Below are positions 34,675 to 43,878 of a stretch of 55,444 bases of DNA, piece by piece. The DNA is from an uncultured Bacillales bacterium (lineage in GTDB: Bacteria > Bacillota_I > Bacilli_A > RF39 > UBA660): positions 1 to 55,444 of the forward strand of contig CAMVMQ010000001.1 in NCBI GenBank assembly GCA_947168625.1, written 5' to 3'. The notes under the pieces were generated by a model. It did not search any database, was not told the DNA's origin, and worked only from the letters and a program-made list of their open reading frames with translations. A program made the translations under genes and the position numbers. How positions within the stretch are numbered: the first letter of the stretch is position 1; every line of letters starts with the position of its first letter.

Positions 34675-36906
34675 ATGGAGAAAAGTATTATAAAGTTAAA
34701 AAATGTATCTAAGTTTTATTATAGTAAGGGAGTTATTGCTTCAGGATTTAGCCGTATTAATTTAGAATTTAAGATAGGGGAATTTGTTGCTATTACTGGT
34801 GAGTCTGGTAGTGGTAAATCGACTCTTCTTAATGTTATAAGTGGGCTTGACTCTTATGAAGAAGGGGAAATGTATATTAATGGGGAAGAGACGAGTCATT
34901 ATACGGAAGAGGATTTTGAAGATTACCGAAGAAAGTATATTGGAAATATTTTTCAGTCTTTTAATCTTGTTAATAGTTATACGGTATATCAAAATATTGA
35001 ACTTGTAATGTTACTTAATGGGGCTAAAAAGAAAGAGGTTAAGGATAAAGTATTAGAACTTATTCGAAAAGTTGATTTATATAAATTTAGAAATACAAAG
35101 GTATCTAAATTATCTGGTGGTCAAAAACAGAGAGTGGCTATTGCAAGAGCTCTAGCTAAGGACACGCCAATTATTATTGCTGATGAACCGACGGGTAATC
35201 TTGACAGTAGGTCTTCTAAATCAATATTAAAATTACTTAGTGAGATAGCAAAAGATAAACTTGTTATTGTAGTTACACATAATTATGAAGATGTAGAAGA
35301 GTATGTTACGAGAAAGATAAAGATGCATGATGGTAAAGTTCTTGAAGATAAAAAGATTCGTGATTATAAAGAAGTTAGTAATATCAAAGAAAATAATTAT
35401 AAAGATATTAGTTTTTTATCTAAAATTAGGTTAGGTATTAGAAATACTTTTAATGTCCTACCGAAGTTTTTATTAGTACTACTTGTTTATTTATTTGTGG
35501 TTACTTCTTTAATGTCTGAATATGCTTCTTTTAGAGAAGAAGAACATTTAGAAAGTATAAGTGGGTATAATGGGTATTTTTTAGATAATGATGAAGATAG
35601 AATTGTTCTAAAGAAAAATGATGGTACTTCTTTTAGTGAAGAAGATTATAATGATATATTAAAGATCGATAATGTTGATTATGTTATGAAAAATGATTTG
35701 CTTCTTGATACAATGATTAATATTAGTGATAATGATTATTATCTTAGTACAAGGGTAAATAGTATTGATAATTTTAGAGGTAAGATTGATATTGGAAAAA
35801 TGCCTGAGGAAGAAAGTGAAGTTGTTATAGCAGGATCAAAGAATGATTATTATATTGGTTATATGGCGAATGAAATTCTTGATAGAGAACTTTATCTTAC
35901 AGATATGTATACAGGAGAAATGGATAAGAGCAATCCTATAAAAATAGTAGGAATATCTTATACCGATTCAAAGGGATATTATAGTGATGATGTTATATAT
36001 GTAAATAATAGTATTATGGAGTCTCTTACATACGAAGTTAATCAAGTTTATAGTAAGATAAAAGTACTATTCCAAAATAAGTATTATGATTCCTCTAATT
36101 ATGATAATAATTTTAGAATTATACCTAAGAGAAATATTGATGAGGGTAATGCTTATATATCTAGTGATTTAAATTATTTATGTAAGAATTATAATTGTAT
36201 AGGTACGGATATTTCTATTGATGCGGAAAATATTTATTATAAAGAGAGTATTAATTTAAAAGTTAATAAGACTTATGATAAGAAGAATATTGAGAGTTTA
36301 ACTGGTATTAAGGATTATGAAAGTATATCAGGTGTTATCTTTATTAGTAGTACTGATTATAATAAATTATATAGTAAGGGTAATTTTCAAAGTAGCGTCT
36401 TTGTTAAAAATGTACATAATATTGATAATACAATAAAATTATTAAATGATAGGGGTTATTCGACTTTAAAGATTACTGATGCTTTAGTTAAGCTTGATGC
36501 TCTAGCTGCTATACGCATCTTTAAGACGATTGTTACGGTTATTCTAGCAGTGGTATTATTCTTTATATCTTACTTTGTTATTAAAGTGATATTAAAGTCA
36601 AGAAATATATATTTTACAACAATTAGAATGCTTGGTTCATCAAAGAAGGTATCAAGACAAATACTTATTATTGAACTAATTAATGATGCTAATATTGCTT
36701 ATTTGTTATTTGGGGTATTTCTTCTTCTTAATTATTTTGGAGTAATTAATATTTCATTTGCTCATACAATAATCGAGTATATGAAAGGGAATGATTATGT
36801 CTTATTATATTTAGTACTTGTTATGATGTCATATTTGATTAGCAATAGATTTGCAAGAAAGATATTTAAGGATAGTGCTATGAAAGTGCTTAAGGAGGAA
36901 GTATAA
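34675..36906 (+). CDS. MacB-type ABC transporter, fused ATPase-FtsX permease (paralog 1)
   Basis: The ATG at 34675 follows AGGAGG. The N-terminal NBD has GESGSGKST, LSGGQKQR and IIIADEPTGNLD. It is followed by TM1, a ~340-aa extracytoplasmic domain and three C-terminal TM helices (FtsX-like). Confidence 0.8.
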   Translation: MEKSIIKLKNVSKFYYSKGVIASGFSRINLEFKIGEFVAITGESGSGKSTLLNVISGLDSYEEGEMYINGEETSHYTEEDFEDYRRKYIGNIFQSFNLVNSYTVYQNIELVMLLNGAKKKEVKDKVLELIRKVDLYKFRNTKVSKLSGGQKQRVAIARALAKDTPIIIADEPTGNLDSRSSKSILKLLSEIAKDKLVIVVTHNYEDVEEYVTRKIKMHDGKVLEDKKIRDYKEVSNIKENNYKDISFLSKIRLGIRNTFNVLPKFLLVLLVYLFVVTSLMSEYASFREEEHLESISGYNGYFLDNDEDRIVLKKNDGTSFSEEDYNDILKIDNVDYVMKNDLLLDTMINISDNDYYLSTRVNSIDNFRGKIDIGKMPEEESEVVIAGSKNDYYIGYMANEILDRELYLTDMYTGEMDKSNPIKIVGISYTDSKGYYSDDVIYVNNSIMESLTYEVNQVYSKIKVLFQNKYYDSSNYDNNFRIIPKRNIDEGNAYISSDLNYLCKNYNCIGTDISIDAENIYYKESINLKVNKTYDKKNIESLTGIKDYESISGVIFISSTDYNKLYSKGNFQSSVFVKNVHNIDNTIKLLNDRGYSTLKITDALVKLDALAAIRIFKTIVTVILAVVLFFISYFVIKVILKSRNIYFTTIRMLGSSKKVSRQILIIELINDANIAYLLFGVFLLLNYFGVINISFAHTIIEYMKGNDYVLLYLVLVMMSYLISNRFARKIFKDSAMKVLKEEV

Positions 36907-39338
36907 TGTTAGAAATTAAAAAGGCTAATAAGTTCTTTAATAGGCATAAGAAAAATGAAGTACATGCGATTAATGATACTTCACTAACACTAGAGAGTAC
37001 TGGTCTTGTTGCTCTTCTTGGTCCTTCTGGATGTGGTAAAACAACGCTACTTAATACAATTGGTGGATTAGATAAATTAAGTAGTGGTAATATTTATATT
37101 GATGGTAAGAGGATTAATTCATCTCTTTCTTATAAGAGAGATAAGATAAGGAACCTTAATATTGGGTATATCTTTCAGGATTATAAATTAATTGAAGATA
37201 AATCAGTTTACGATAATGTAGCTATTGTTCTTAAGATGATTGGTATTAAGGATAAAGAAGAAATTGAAAAGAGAGTTCTCTATGTTTTAGAAAAAGTAGG
37301 AATGTTAAGGTATAAGAAAAGACCTGCTTCAATGCTATCTGGTGGTGAAAGACAAAGAGTAGGTATTGCAAGAGCAATTGTAAAAGATCCTAATATTATT
37401 CTAGCAGATGAACCAACGGGGAATTTGGATAGTAAGAATTCTCTTGAGATTATGAAAATTATTAGGGCTATAGCTAAAGATAGACTTGTAATTCTTGTTA
37501 CGCATGAAGTAGAACTAGCTAAGTTTTATGCAACAAGAATTATTGAGATTAAAGATGGAACTGTTATTAAAGACTATGAAAATGAGCCAGAGGAAGAACT
37601 TGATTATAGGGTAGATAATACCTTCTATTTAAAGGATTTTGATAATAATGATAGTTCTAAAATAGGAGGGCACAATATTAATATTTATTCTAATGATGGT
37701 GATAAGATATCTCTTGATATTGTGGTTAGTTATGGTAATATTTATATTAAGAGTAGGGAAAGGCAAAGAGTCGAAGTAATTGATGAGAACTCTAGTATTG
37801 AACTAGTTGATGATCATTATAAGAGAATTGGTAAAGAGGATATTGATAAGTATAAGTTTGATTTTACTAGTATTATTAATAAGGATATTAAGAAGAAATA
37901 CTCTTCAATCCTTAATCCAATTACTTTAATTATTAATGGTTTTAAGAAAGTATTTGCATATTCTTTTTTGAAGAAATTACTTTTATTTGGGTTCTTTTTA
38001 TCAGGTATGTTTCTTATGTATGCAGTAAGCTCAATTATGGCTACTTTAAAGATAGATGACTATGACTTTGTTACTGCTAATAAGGAGTATTTACTTCTTA
38101 GTGATAAGGAAATAAAGATAGATGATTATTTATCTTATGAGAAGATGGGTGACATTAAATATATATTACCTGGTGAAGGAATAGCTAATTTTAAGGTTAA
38201 TTTTAAGGATTATTATCAGACTAGTATGGGAAGTGATATGTTAAGTGGTTCTCTTACGGATATTAATATGATTAGTGAAAAAGATATTGTTTATGGTAAG
38301 ATGCCTGAATCAGCTTATGAAGTAGTCGTGGATTCTTTTGCAATAAAGAAGATGTTTGATAGTGGCGGTATTGCTAAGATGGTCGGAATTAAAAAGCCCG
38401 AAGATATGCTTGATAGAGTTATTGAAATAAATAATATGCCTTCGTTTACAATTGTTGGTATTACTGATTTGGGTAGTCCTAGTATATATACTGATCTTAG
38501 TTTATTTATTAATATTCTTGCTAATTCTAATAGTGAAAATAATAGTATGATGGATTATAGTACTATGGATAATTCTTTAATTGATTATGCTTTATATCAA
38601 GATAAGATTGAGATTAAGAAGGGTAGATTACCAGAAAATGATTACGAGGTTATTGTTAATATTAGTAATGAAGATTCGATGAAGTTAAATAAAGAAATTG
38701 ATTATAAAGTTAATGGTAAAAAACTTGTAGTAGTTGGTTATTATGATAGTAGATATAATTATAATTATTTCTTTGTTAATAATAATATGATTAAATATAA
38801 TTTAATATTAAGTAAAGAAAATATTACTATTATGCCTATTGATAAAGATAAAGTAATGGATACTTTTAAGGGCATGAAGATGAATATATCAAGTACTTAT
38901 GATAAAGCTTTGGAATTATATAAAGAGAATAGAAAAGATAATGTAAGGAGTGCTTTAATTGCTTCTGGAGTTATTCTTGGTATATCTTTGATTGAAGTAT
39001 TTTTAATGATTAGATCTTCTTTCTTATCAAGAGTTAAGGAAGTTGGTATATATAGAGCTATTGGTGTTAAGAAAATTGATATATATAAGATGTTTTTTGG
39101 TGAGATTTTTGCTATTACAACTATAGCTAGTATTCCTGGTATATTGTTTATGGCTTATATATTGGATGTTTTATCTGATATTAAGTATTTATCTGATTTA
39201 TTTCTTATTAATGTACTTGGAGTAGTAATTACGATTATATTTATCTATTTATTTAATTTAGTTATTGGATTACTTCCAGTATTTAATACGATTAGGAGAA
39301 TGCCAGCGGCAATACTATCAAGAAATGATTTAGATTAG
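36906..39338 (+). CDS. MacB-type ABC transporter, fused ATPase-FtsX permease (paralog 2)
   Basis: TAATG overlap with paralog 1. The NBD has GPSGCGKTT, LSGGERQR and IILADEPTGNLD. It has the same NBD, TM, large loop and three-TM architecture. Confidence 0.8.
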   Translation: MLEIKKANKFFNRHKKNEVHAINDTSLTLESTGLVALLGPSGCGKTTLLNTIGGLDKLSSGNIYIDGKRINSSLSYKRDKIRNLNIGYIFQDYKLIEDKSVYDNVAIVLKMIGIKDKEEIEKRVLYVLEKVGMLRYKKRPASMLSGGERQRVGIARAIVKDPNIILADEPTGNLDSKNSLEIMKIIRAIAKDRLVILVTHEVELAKFYATRIIEIKDGTVIKDYENEPEEELDYRVDNTFYLKDFDNNDSSKIGGHNINIYSNDGDKISLDIVVSYGNIYIKSRERQRVEVIDENSSIELVDDHYKRIGKEDIDKYKFDFTSIINKDIKKKYSSILNPITLIINGFKKVFAYSFLKKLLLFGFFLSGMFLMYAVSSIMATLKIDDYDFVTANKEYLLLSDKEIKIDDYLSYEKMGDIKYILPGEGIANFKVNFKDYYQTSMGSDMLSGSLTDINMISEKDIVYGKMPESAYEVVVDSFAIKKMFDSGGIAKMVGIKKPEDMLDRVIEINNMPSFTIVGITDLGSPSIYTDLSLFINILANSNSENNSMMDYSTMDNSLIDYALYQDKIEIKKGRLPENDYEVIVNISNEDSMKLNKEIDYKVNGKKLVVVGYYDSRYNYNYFFVNNNMIKYNLILSKENITIMPIDKDKVMDTFKGMKMNISSTYDKALELYKENRKDNVRSALIASGVILGISLIEVFLMIRSSFLSRVKEVGIYRAIGVKKIDIYKMFFGEIFAITTIASIPGILFMAYILDVLSDIKYLSDLFLINVLGVVITIIFIYLFNLVIGLLPVFNTIRRMPAAILSRNDLD

Positions 39339-39364
39339 AATATTTTATTCTAGTCTTTTTTTTT
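39332..39364 (+). terminator. Rho-independent terminator after the MacB-like pair
   Basis: AGATTAGAAT / ATTCTAGTCT 10-bp hairpin with one G-U pair, followed by T9. Confidence 0.7.
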
Positions 39365-39432
39365 ATTTAACCCAAAATGACTAAAGATATTTCTCCATAG
39401 AGTATATACAGGTAGATAAAGTAGGGTAAAAT

Positions 39433-39476
39433 AAAAAAGAAGTAATTATTTTACTTCCATAGAATTTACTTTTTTA
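39433..39476 (-). repeat. 44-bp duplicate of the rpsT 3' end plus terminator (copy A)
   Basis: AAAAAAGAAGTAATTATTTTACTTCCATAGAATTTACTTTTTTA is 43/44 identical to 40146-40189. It contains the hairpin GAAGTAA/TTACTTC with a U-run on the minus strand, so it can terminate the 39549-40082 gene. Confidence 0.8.
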
Positions 39477-39548
39477 AAATATTTTCAATATTAAAATCTA
39501 AACATTTACTATTGTTGTTCCATTATAATTAAGTAGAAAAATTGTATA

Positions 39549-40082
39549 TTATTTTCGTGCCAATATTTTGGCTTTTGGTTTGAATTGTGATATAGTACAT
39601 GTTGGAATCGGTTCTTCTATAATAGGATGAGTTAGATCATATTTTCGATCGCATAATTGTTCATATTCATCATCAAGATATGATTCTTCTATGTCAATTT
39701 TTTGTTCTTTTTTTTCTAGTTCATCAATTTCTTTCAATTTTTCTATGTATTCCTTACTTTTTCTTATTTTTATTAGTGAACAATCTAAATGTATTTTGTA
39801 GATAGGCATTATTAAAATTATTGGAAAGGATGCTGATATTAATGGATAGTTTTTTGTTGATATTGTAAAAAGAAGTGATGATAAGATAATTATCATACTT
39901 AAAGTTGTATATCCTTTAAAGAGTTTTTTTCTTTTTTCTTTTTCCCAATTATTGATACTTTTTTTTAAAGAATGAATATTTATTTCATATTCTTTTTTTT
40001 CATCATCTTTTTTTTGGTAAATTGTTTCATTTTCTTTAATTTTTTCTTCTATTTCTTTAAGATTTAATTCGTTTATTTTCAT
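39549..40082 (-). CDS. Hypothetical coiled-coil / two-TM membrane protein
   Basis: AAGGAG RBS. Lys/Glu-rich helical N- and C-terminal regions flank two hydrophobic helices (TTLSMIIILSSLLFTI and LISASFPIILIMPIY). It has its own promoter. Confidence 0.5.
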   Translation of the reverse strand: MKINELNLKEIEEKIKENETIYQKKDDEKKEYEINIHSLKKSINNWEKEKRKKLFKGYTTLSMIIILSSLLFTISTKNYPLISASFPIILIMPIYKIHLDCSLIKIRKSKEYIEKLKEIDELEKKEQKIDIEESYLDDEYEQLCDRKYDLTHPIIEEPIPTCTISQFKPKAKILARK

Positions 40083-40106
40083 ATTTTTCTCCTTTGTGCA
40101 TTTTAT

Positions 40107-40135
40107 ATTATAGTTTATGATTTGAAAAAAGTAAA
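40107..40135 (-). promoter_or_regulatory. Sigma-A-type promoter of the 39549-40082 gene
   Basis: On the minus strand: TTTACT (40135-40130), 17-nt spacer, TATAAT (40112-40107). Confidence 0.55.
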
Positions 40136-40145
40136 GATTAATTAA

Positions 40146-40189
40146 AAAAAAGAAGTAACTATTTTACTTCCATAGAATTTACTTTTTTA
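40146..40189 (-). repeat. 44-bp repeat copy B: the authentic rpsT 3' end (last 9 codons, stop) and its terminator
   Basis: See copy A. The hairpin is GAAGTAA (40152-40158) / TTACTTC (40164-40170), and A8 on the plus strand gives a U-run on the minus strand. Confidence 0.8.
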
Positions 40190-40428
40190 GTTAGTCTTGA
40201 TTTTTCTCTGTCTACTTTGTTTTTATGTACTAAACCTTTTACTTTAGCATTGTCCAAAGATTTAATAGCTAATTTTAAACTTTTTTCAGCATTTTCTTTA
40301 TTTCCTGCTGCTACTGCTTTGTCTGTGTTTTTGATAGCATTTTTAACAGTAGATTTTAGCTGTTGATGCGCTAAAGTTACTTTGTTTATTTGTTTAATTT
40401 TCTTCTTTGCATTTTTAACGTTTGCCAT
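40159..40428 (-). CDS. rpsT: 30S ribosomal protein S20
   Basis: MANVKNAKKKIKQINKVTLAHQQLKSTVKNAIK... is a typical S20 sequence. The ATG at 40428 follows GGGAGGAG. Confidence 0.9.
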   Translation of the reverse strand: MANVKNAKKKIKQINKVTLAHQQLKSTVKNAIKNTDKAVAAGNKENAEKSLKLAIKSLDNAKVKGLVHKNKVDREKSRLTKKVNSMEVK

Positions 40429-40532
40429 TATAAATTCATCTCCTCCCAAAACTAACTATAATTTTATCAAATAATAGTAAAAAAAGCAAATATTTTCGGC
40501 TTTTTTTGTAAAAAATATTAATGGTGAAGATA

Positions 40533-41567
40533 ATGGGACATGAAATTGATCTAGAAAAATATGATATTAGAACTGATTTAGTATTAGATACAATTGAAAA
40601 TAGTAAAAAAGATATTAAGAGTGATATCTATAAAGATAAAGGATGTACTGTTACTAAAATTATATTAGATAGTAAAAATGGGTTATTATTAAATAAAAAG
40701 GAAGGTACTTATGTTACTATTGAATTTAATGATGTTACTGATTGTGATAATAGGGATAATGTAAAAGAAGTATTTATTAATGAACTTAGGATTGTAATTG
40801 ACAGTTTAAAATTAAAACATGACTATAAAGTTTTAATAGTTGGCTTGGGTAATGTTAAGAGTACTCCTGATAGTTTAGGACCTAAGACTATTCGTGATAC
40901 CTTAGTTACGAGATATTTGTTTTTACTTAATAAGGATGTTCAAAGGGGAATTAGGTGTACATCTTGTCTTAGCCCTGGAGTAATGGCTGATACTGGTATT
41001 GAGACATTTGATATTATATCTTCTGTTACTGATAAGATTCATCCTGATTTAGTTATTTGTGTTGATGCTTTGGCGGCTTCATCGATTAATAGAATTAATA
41101 GAACTATTCAGATAACTGATAGTGGTATACATCCAGGAAGTGGTGTTGGTAATGTTAGAAGAGAAATAAGTAAGGATACTTTAGGAATTCCGGTTATTGC
41201 TATTGGTGTTCCGACTGTAGTTAGTTCTTCTATTATTGTATATGATACTTTAAATTATTTATTCAAGCATATTTCTTATATCAAAGATAATCAAAATATA
41301 AATAAGCTTTTGTATTCAAGAAATAATTATATTGATAAAATTAAAGATAGAGAACTTAGTATTGATGATAGGGAGGCTTTGGCGGGACTTCTTGGTAAGT
41401 TATCTAGTGAAGAAGAATATGATTTGATAAGTGAAGTACTAAATGCTCTTTCATATAATTTTATTGTTACTCCTAAAGAAGTTGATTTTGTAATCGAAAA
41501 ACTCTCCGATATCATATCTAGTGGTATTAATAGTTGTTTACATGATATAGATGTAAAAAAAGTGTAA
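40533..41567 (+). CDS. gpr: Germination protease (spore endopeptidase) GPR
   Basis: IRTDLVLD, VGLGNVKSTPDSLGP, LVTRYLF, PGVMADTGIET, DALAA, IQITDSGIHPGSGVGN, GIPVIAIGVPTVV and VTPKEVD all match B. subtilis Gpr. It is adjacent to rpsT, as in Bacillus. Confidence 0.85.
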   Translation: MGHEIDLEKYDIRTDLVLDTIENSKKDIKSDIYKDKGCTVTKIILDSKNGLLLNKKEGTYVTIEFNDVTDCDNRDNVKEVFINELRIVIDSLKLKHDYKVLIVGLGNVKSTPDSLGPKTIRDTLVTRYLFLLNKDVQRGIRCTSCLSPGVMADTGIETFDIISSVTDKIHPDLVICVDALAASSINRINRTIQITDSGIHPGSGVGNVRREISKDTLGIPVIAIGVPTVVSSSIIVYDTLNYLFKHISYIKDNQNINKLLYSRNNYIDKIKDRELSIDDREALAGLLGKLSSEEEYDLISEVLNALSYNFIVTPKEVDFVIEKLSDIISSGINSCLHDIDVKKV

Positions 41568-41621
41568 AAAAACTTTTCTTTTTTTTTCTGTTAATATATA
41601 ATGTAATAGGAGAGTGATAGG

Positions 41622-42806
41622 GTGAGATGTGTTGGTACCACTAGTAGAGGTATTAGAACAGGTGTTATTAAGCCTGGCGATAATTTGGAGGATATTGTTG
41701 TTAATTCGGTACTTAGAGCGAGTAAGGAAGAGGGATTTAATATAAGGAATAGAGATATAATTGCTATTACTGAGGCAGTAGTTAGTATTAGTAAAGGTAA
41801 TTATGTTAGTGTTAATGATATAGCAAATGATATTAAGGTTAAGTTTCCTAAAGGGGAAGTTGGTCTTGTTTTTCCAATACTTAGTAGAAATAGGTTTTCT
41901 GGTATTTTAAAGGGTATTGCTAGAGGTGTTAATAAAATATATATGATGCTTTCTTATCCTGCTGATGAAGTTGGTAATCATCTTTTTGATGATGAATTAT
42001 TATATGAATATGATATTAATCCTTATAGTGATTCTTTTGAAATTGATACTTATAATAAATATTTTAAAGATATTAAACATCAGTTTACTGGTATTAATTA
42101 TGTTGATGTTTATACTGAGATTTGTAGAAAAGAGAATTGTGAGATAGTGTTTATTTTTTCAAATAATCCTAGAGATATTTTGAAATATACTAAAGATATT
42201 CTTGCTTGTGATATTCATACGAGGGAGAGAACAAAGAAGTTACTTAATGGTGCTGATACTATTTTAGGACTTGATAACATTATGACTAAAAGTATTTCTG
42301 GTAGCGGATACAATCCTAAGTATGGTCTTCTTGGTTCAAATAAAAGTACAGAAGAGGTACTTAAGTTATTTCCAAGAGAAGGGGAAGAACTTGTAAATGG
42401 TATTCAAGATAGAATCTTTAAAGAAACTGGTAAGAAGGTAGAAGTTATGATTTATGGAGATGGTGCATTTAAAGATCCTGTAGGTAAGATATGGGAACTA
42501 GCAGATCCTGTTGTATCACCGTTTTATACAAAGGGTTTGGATGGGACTCCGAATGAAATTAAACTTAAGTATATATCTGATAATGAATTAAGTAATTTAA
42601 GTGGCGAAGAACTTAATAAAAAGATGAAAGAAATAATTAGAGAAAAAGATAATAATTTGGTTGGTCAAAATAAAAGTTTAGGTACTACTCCAAGAAGAAT
42701 TGTTGATTTAGTTGGTTCTTTATGTGATTTGACGAGTGGTTCTGGTGATAAAGGAACACCAGTGGTATATATAAGTGGTTATTTTGATAATTATGCAGAT
42801 GAATAA
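41622..42806 (+). CDS. CofE-like (F420-0:gamma-glutamyl ligase family) protein, extended form
   Basis: GTG start 6 nt after AGGAGAG. The N-terminal GIRTGVIKPGDNLEDIV...NRDIIAITEAVVSISKGN and the C-terminal DLTSGSGDKGTPVVYISG parallel the CofE blocks (pGDDL...dgDvlvv..kvvSkaEGr and GEGgdGiPavvvRG). Confidence 0.5.
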   Translation: MRCVGTTSRGIRTGVIKPGDNLEDIVVNSVLRASKEEGFNIRNRDIIAITEAVVSISKGNYVSVNDIANDIKVKFPKGEVGLVFPILSRNRFSGILKGIARGVNKIYMMLSYPADEVGNHLFDDELLYEYDINPYSDSFEIDTYNKYFKDIKHQFTGINYVDVYTEICRKENCEIVFIFSNNPRDILKYTKDILACDIHTRERTKKLLNGADTILGLDNIMTKSISGSGYNPKYGLLGSNKSTEEVLKLFPREGEELVNGIQDRIFKETGKKVEVMIYGDGAFKDPVGKIWELADPVVSPFYTKGLDGTPNEIKLKYISDNELSNLSGEELNKKMKEIIREKDNNLVGQNKSLGTTPRRIVDLVGSLCDLTSGSGDKGTPVVYISGYFDNYADE

Positions 42807-42820
42807 AGGAGAGATGAATA

Positions 42821-43819
42821 ATGAAAATTGCGATTAATGGTTTTGGTAGAATTGGAAGAATTATTTTTAAAATAATGGAAGAAGATAGTTTCTTTGATAT
42901 TGTAGCTATTAATGATTTGTCAAGTAGTGAAGAACTTGCTTATCTTCTTAAATATGATACTAATTTTAGAAGATATGATAAGGATGTGTCTTTTGATGAA
43001 GAGGGTATTATTGTTAATGGTAAGAAGATTAAAGTATTTAAAGAAACCGAACCAGAGAATCTTCCATGGAATGATATGAAAATTGATTTGGTATTAGAAT
43101 GTACTGGTAGATTTACGAAAGAAGAAGATGCTTATCGACATATTAAGGCTGGGGCAAAAAAAGTATTAGTTAGTGCTCCATGCAAGGGTAATGTTAAGAC
43201 GATTGTTTATAATGTTAATGATGATATTATTGATGGTAGTGAAGAAATATTATCAGCTGCTTCTTGTACTACTAACTGTTTAGCACCAGTACTTAAAGTA
43301 CTTGATGATAACTTTGGTATTGAAAGAGGCTTTATGACGACGGTTCATGCGTATACTAATGATCAAGTTACACTTGATGTTACTCACAAAAAGGGCATTT
43401 ATGAAAGGAGAGGAAGAGCATGTGCAATGAATATTGTTCCTACTAGTACAGGAGCTGCTACTGCTATTGGTAAAGTTCTTCCTAATCTTGATGGAAAACT
43501 TTCTGGAGGAGCTTTGAGGGTACCTGTATCAGATGGCTCTTTAATTGATTTAACATTGGAACTTAGAGAAAATGTAACTGAAAAGGATATTAATAATGCG
43601 TTTGTTAATAATGTTAATGAGACTTTGGAAGTAACTAATGATCCGGTAGTATCTTCAGATATTATTGGTAGTAGCTCTGGGGCGTTAGTGGATTTATCAC
43701 TTACTAAAGTATTAGAGAATGATGGAAGAAAATTAGTTAAAGTTGTTGCTTGGTATGATAATGAAATGGGTTATTCTTATCAAATGATGAGAACTGCTAA
43801 AAGATTTTTAGAAAGATAA
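42821..43819 (+). CDS. gap: Glyceraldehyde-3-phosphate dehydrogenase (NAD-type)
   Basis: INGFGRIGR, AINDL (Asp consistent with NAD specificity), the active site SCTTNCLAP and WYDNEMGYS. Confidence 0.9.
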   Translation: MKIAINGFGRIGRIIFKIMEEDSFFDIVAINDLSSSEELAYLLKYDTNFRRYDKDVSFDEEGIIVNGKKIKVFKETEPENLPWNDMKIDLVLECTGRFTKEEDAYRHIKAGAKKVLVSAPCKGNVKTIVYNVNDDIIDGSEEILSAASCTTNCLAPVLKVLDDNFGIERGFMTTVHAYTNDQVTLDVTHKKGIYERRGRACAMNIVPTSTGAATAIGKVLPNLDGKLSGGALRVPVSDGSLIDLTLELRENVTEKDINNAFVNNVNETLEVTNDPVVSSDIIGSSSGALVDLSLTKVLENDGRKLVKVVAWYDNEMGYSYQMMRTAKRFLER

Positions 43820-43878
43820 TTTGCTTTATCTTTCTTTTTATGGTACAATATAGAGCGTTTTACAGGAGGGATTATATA

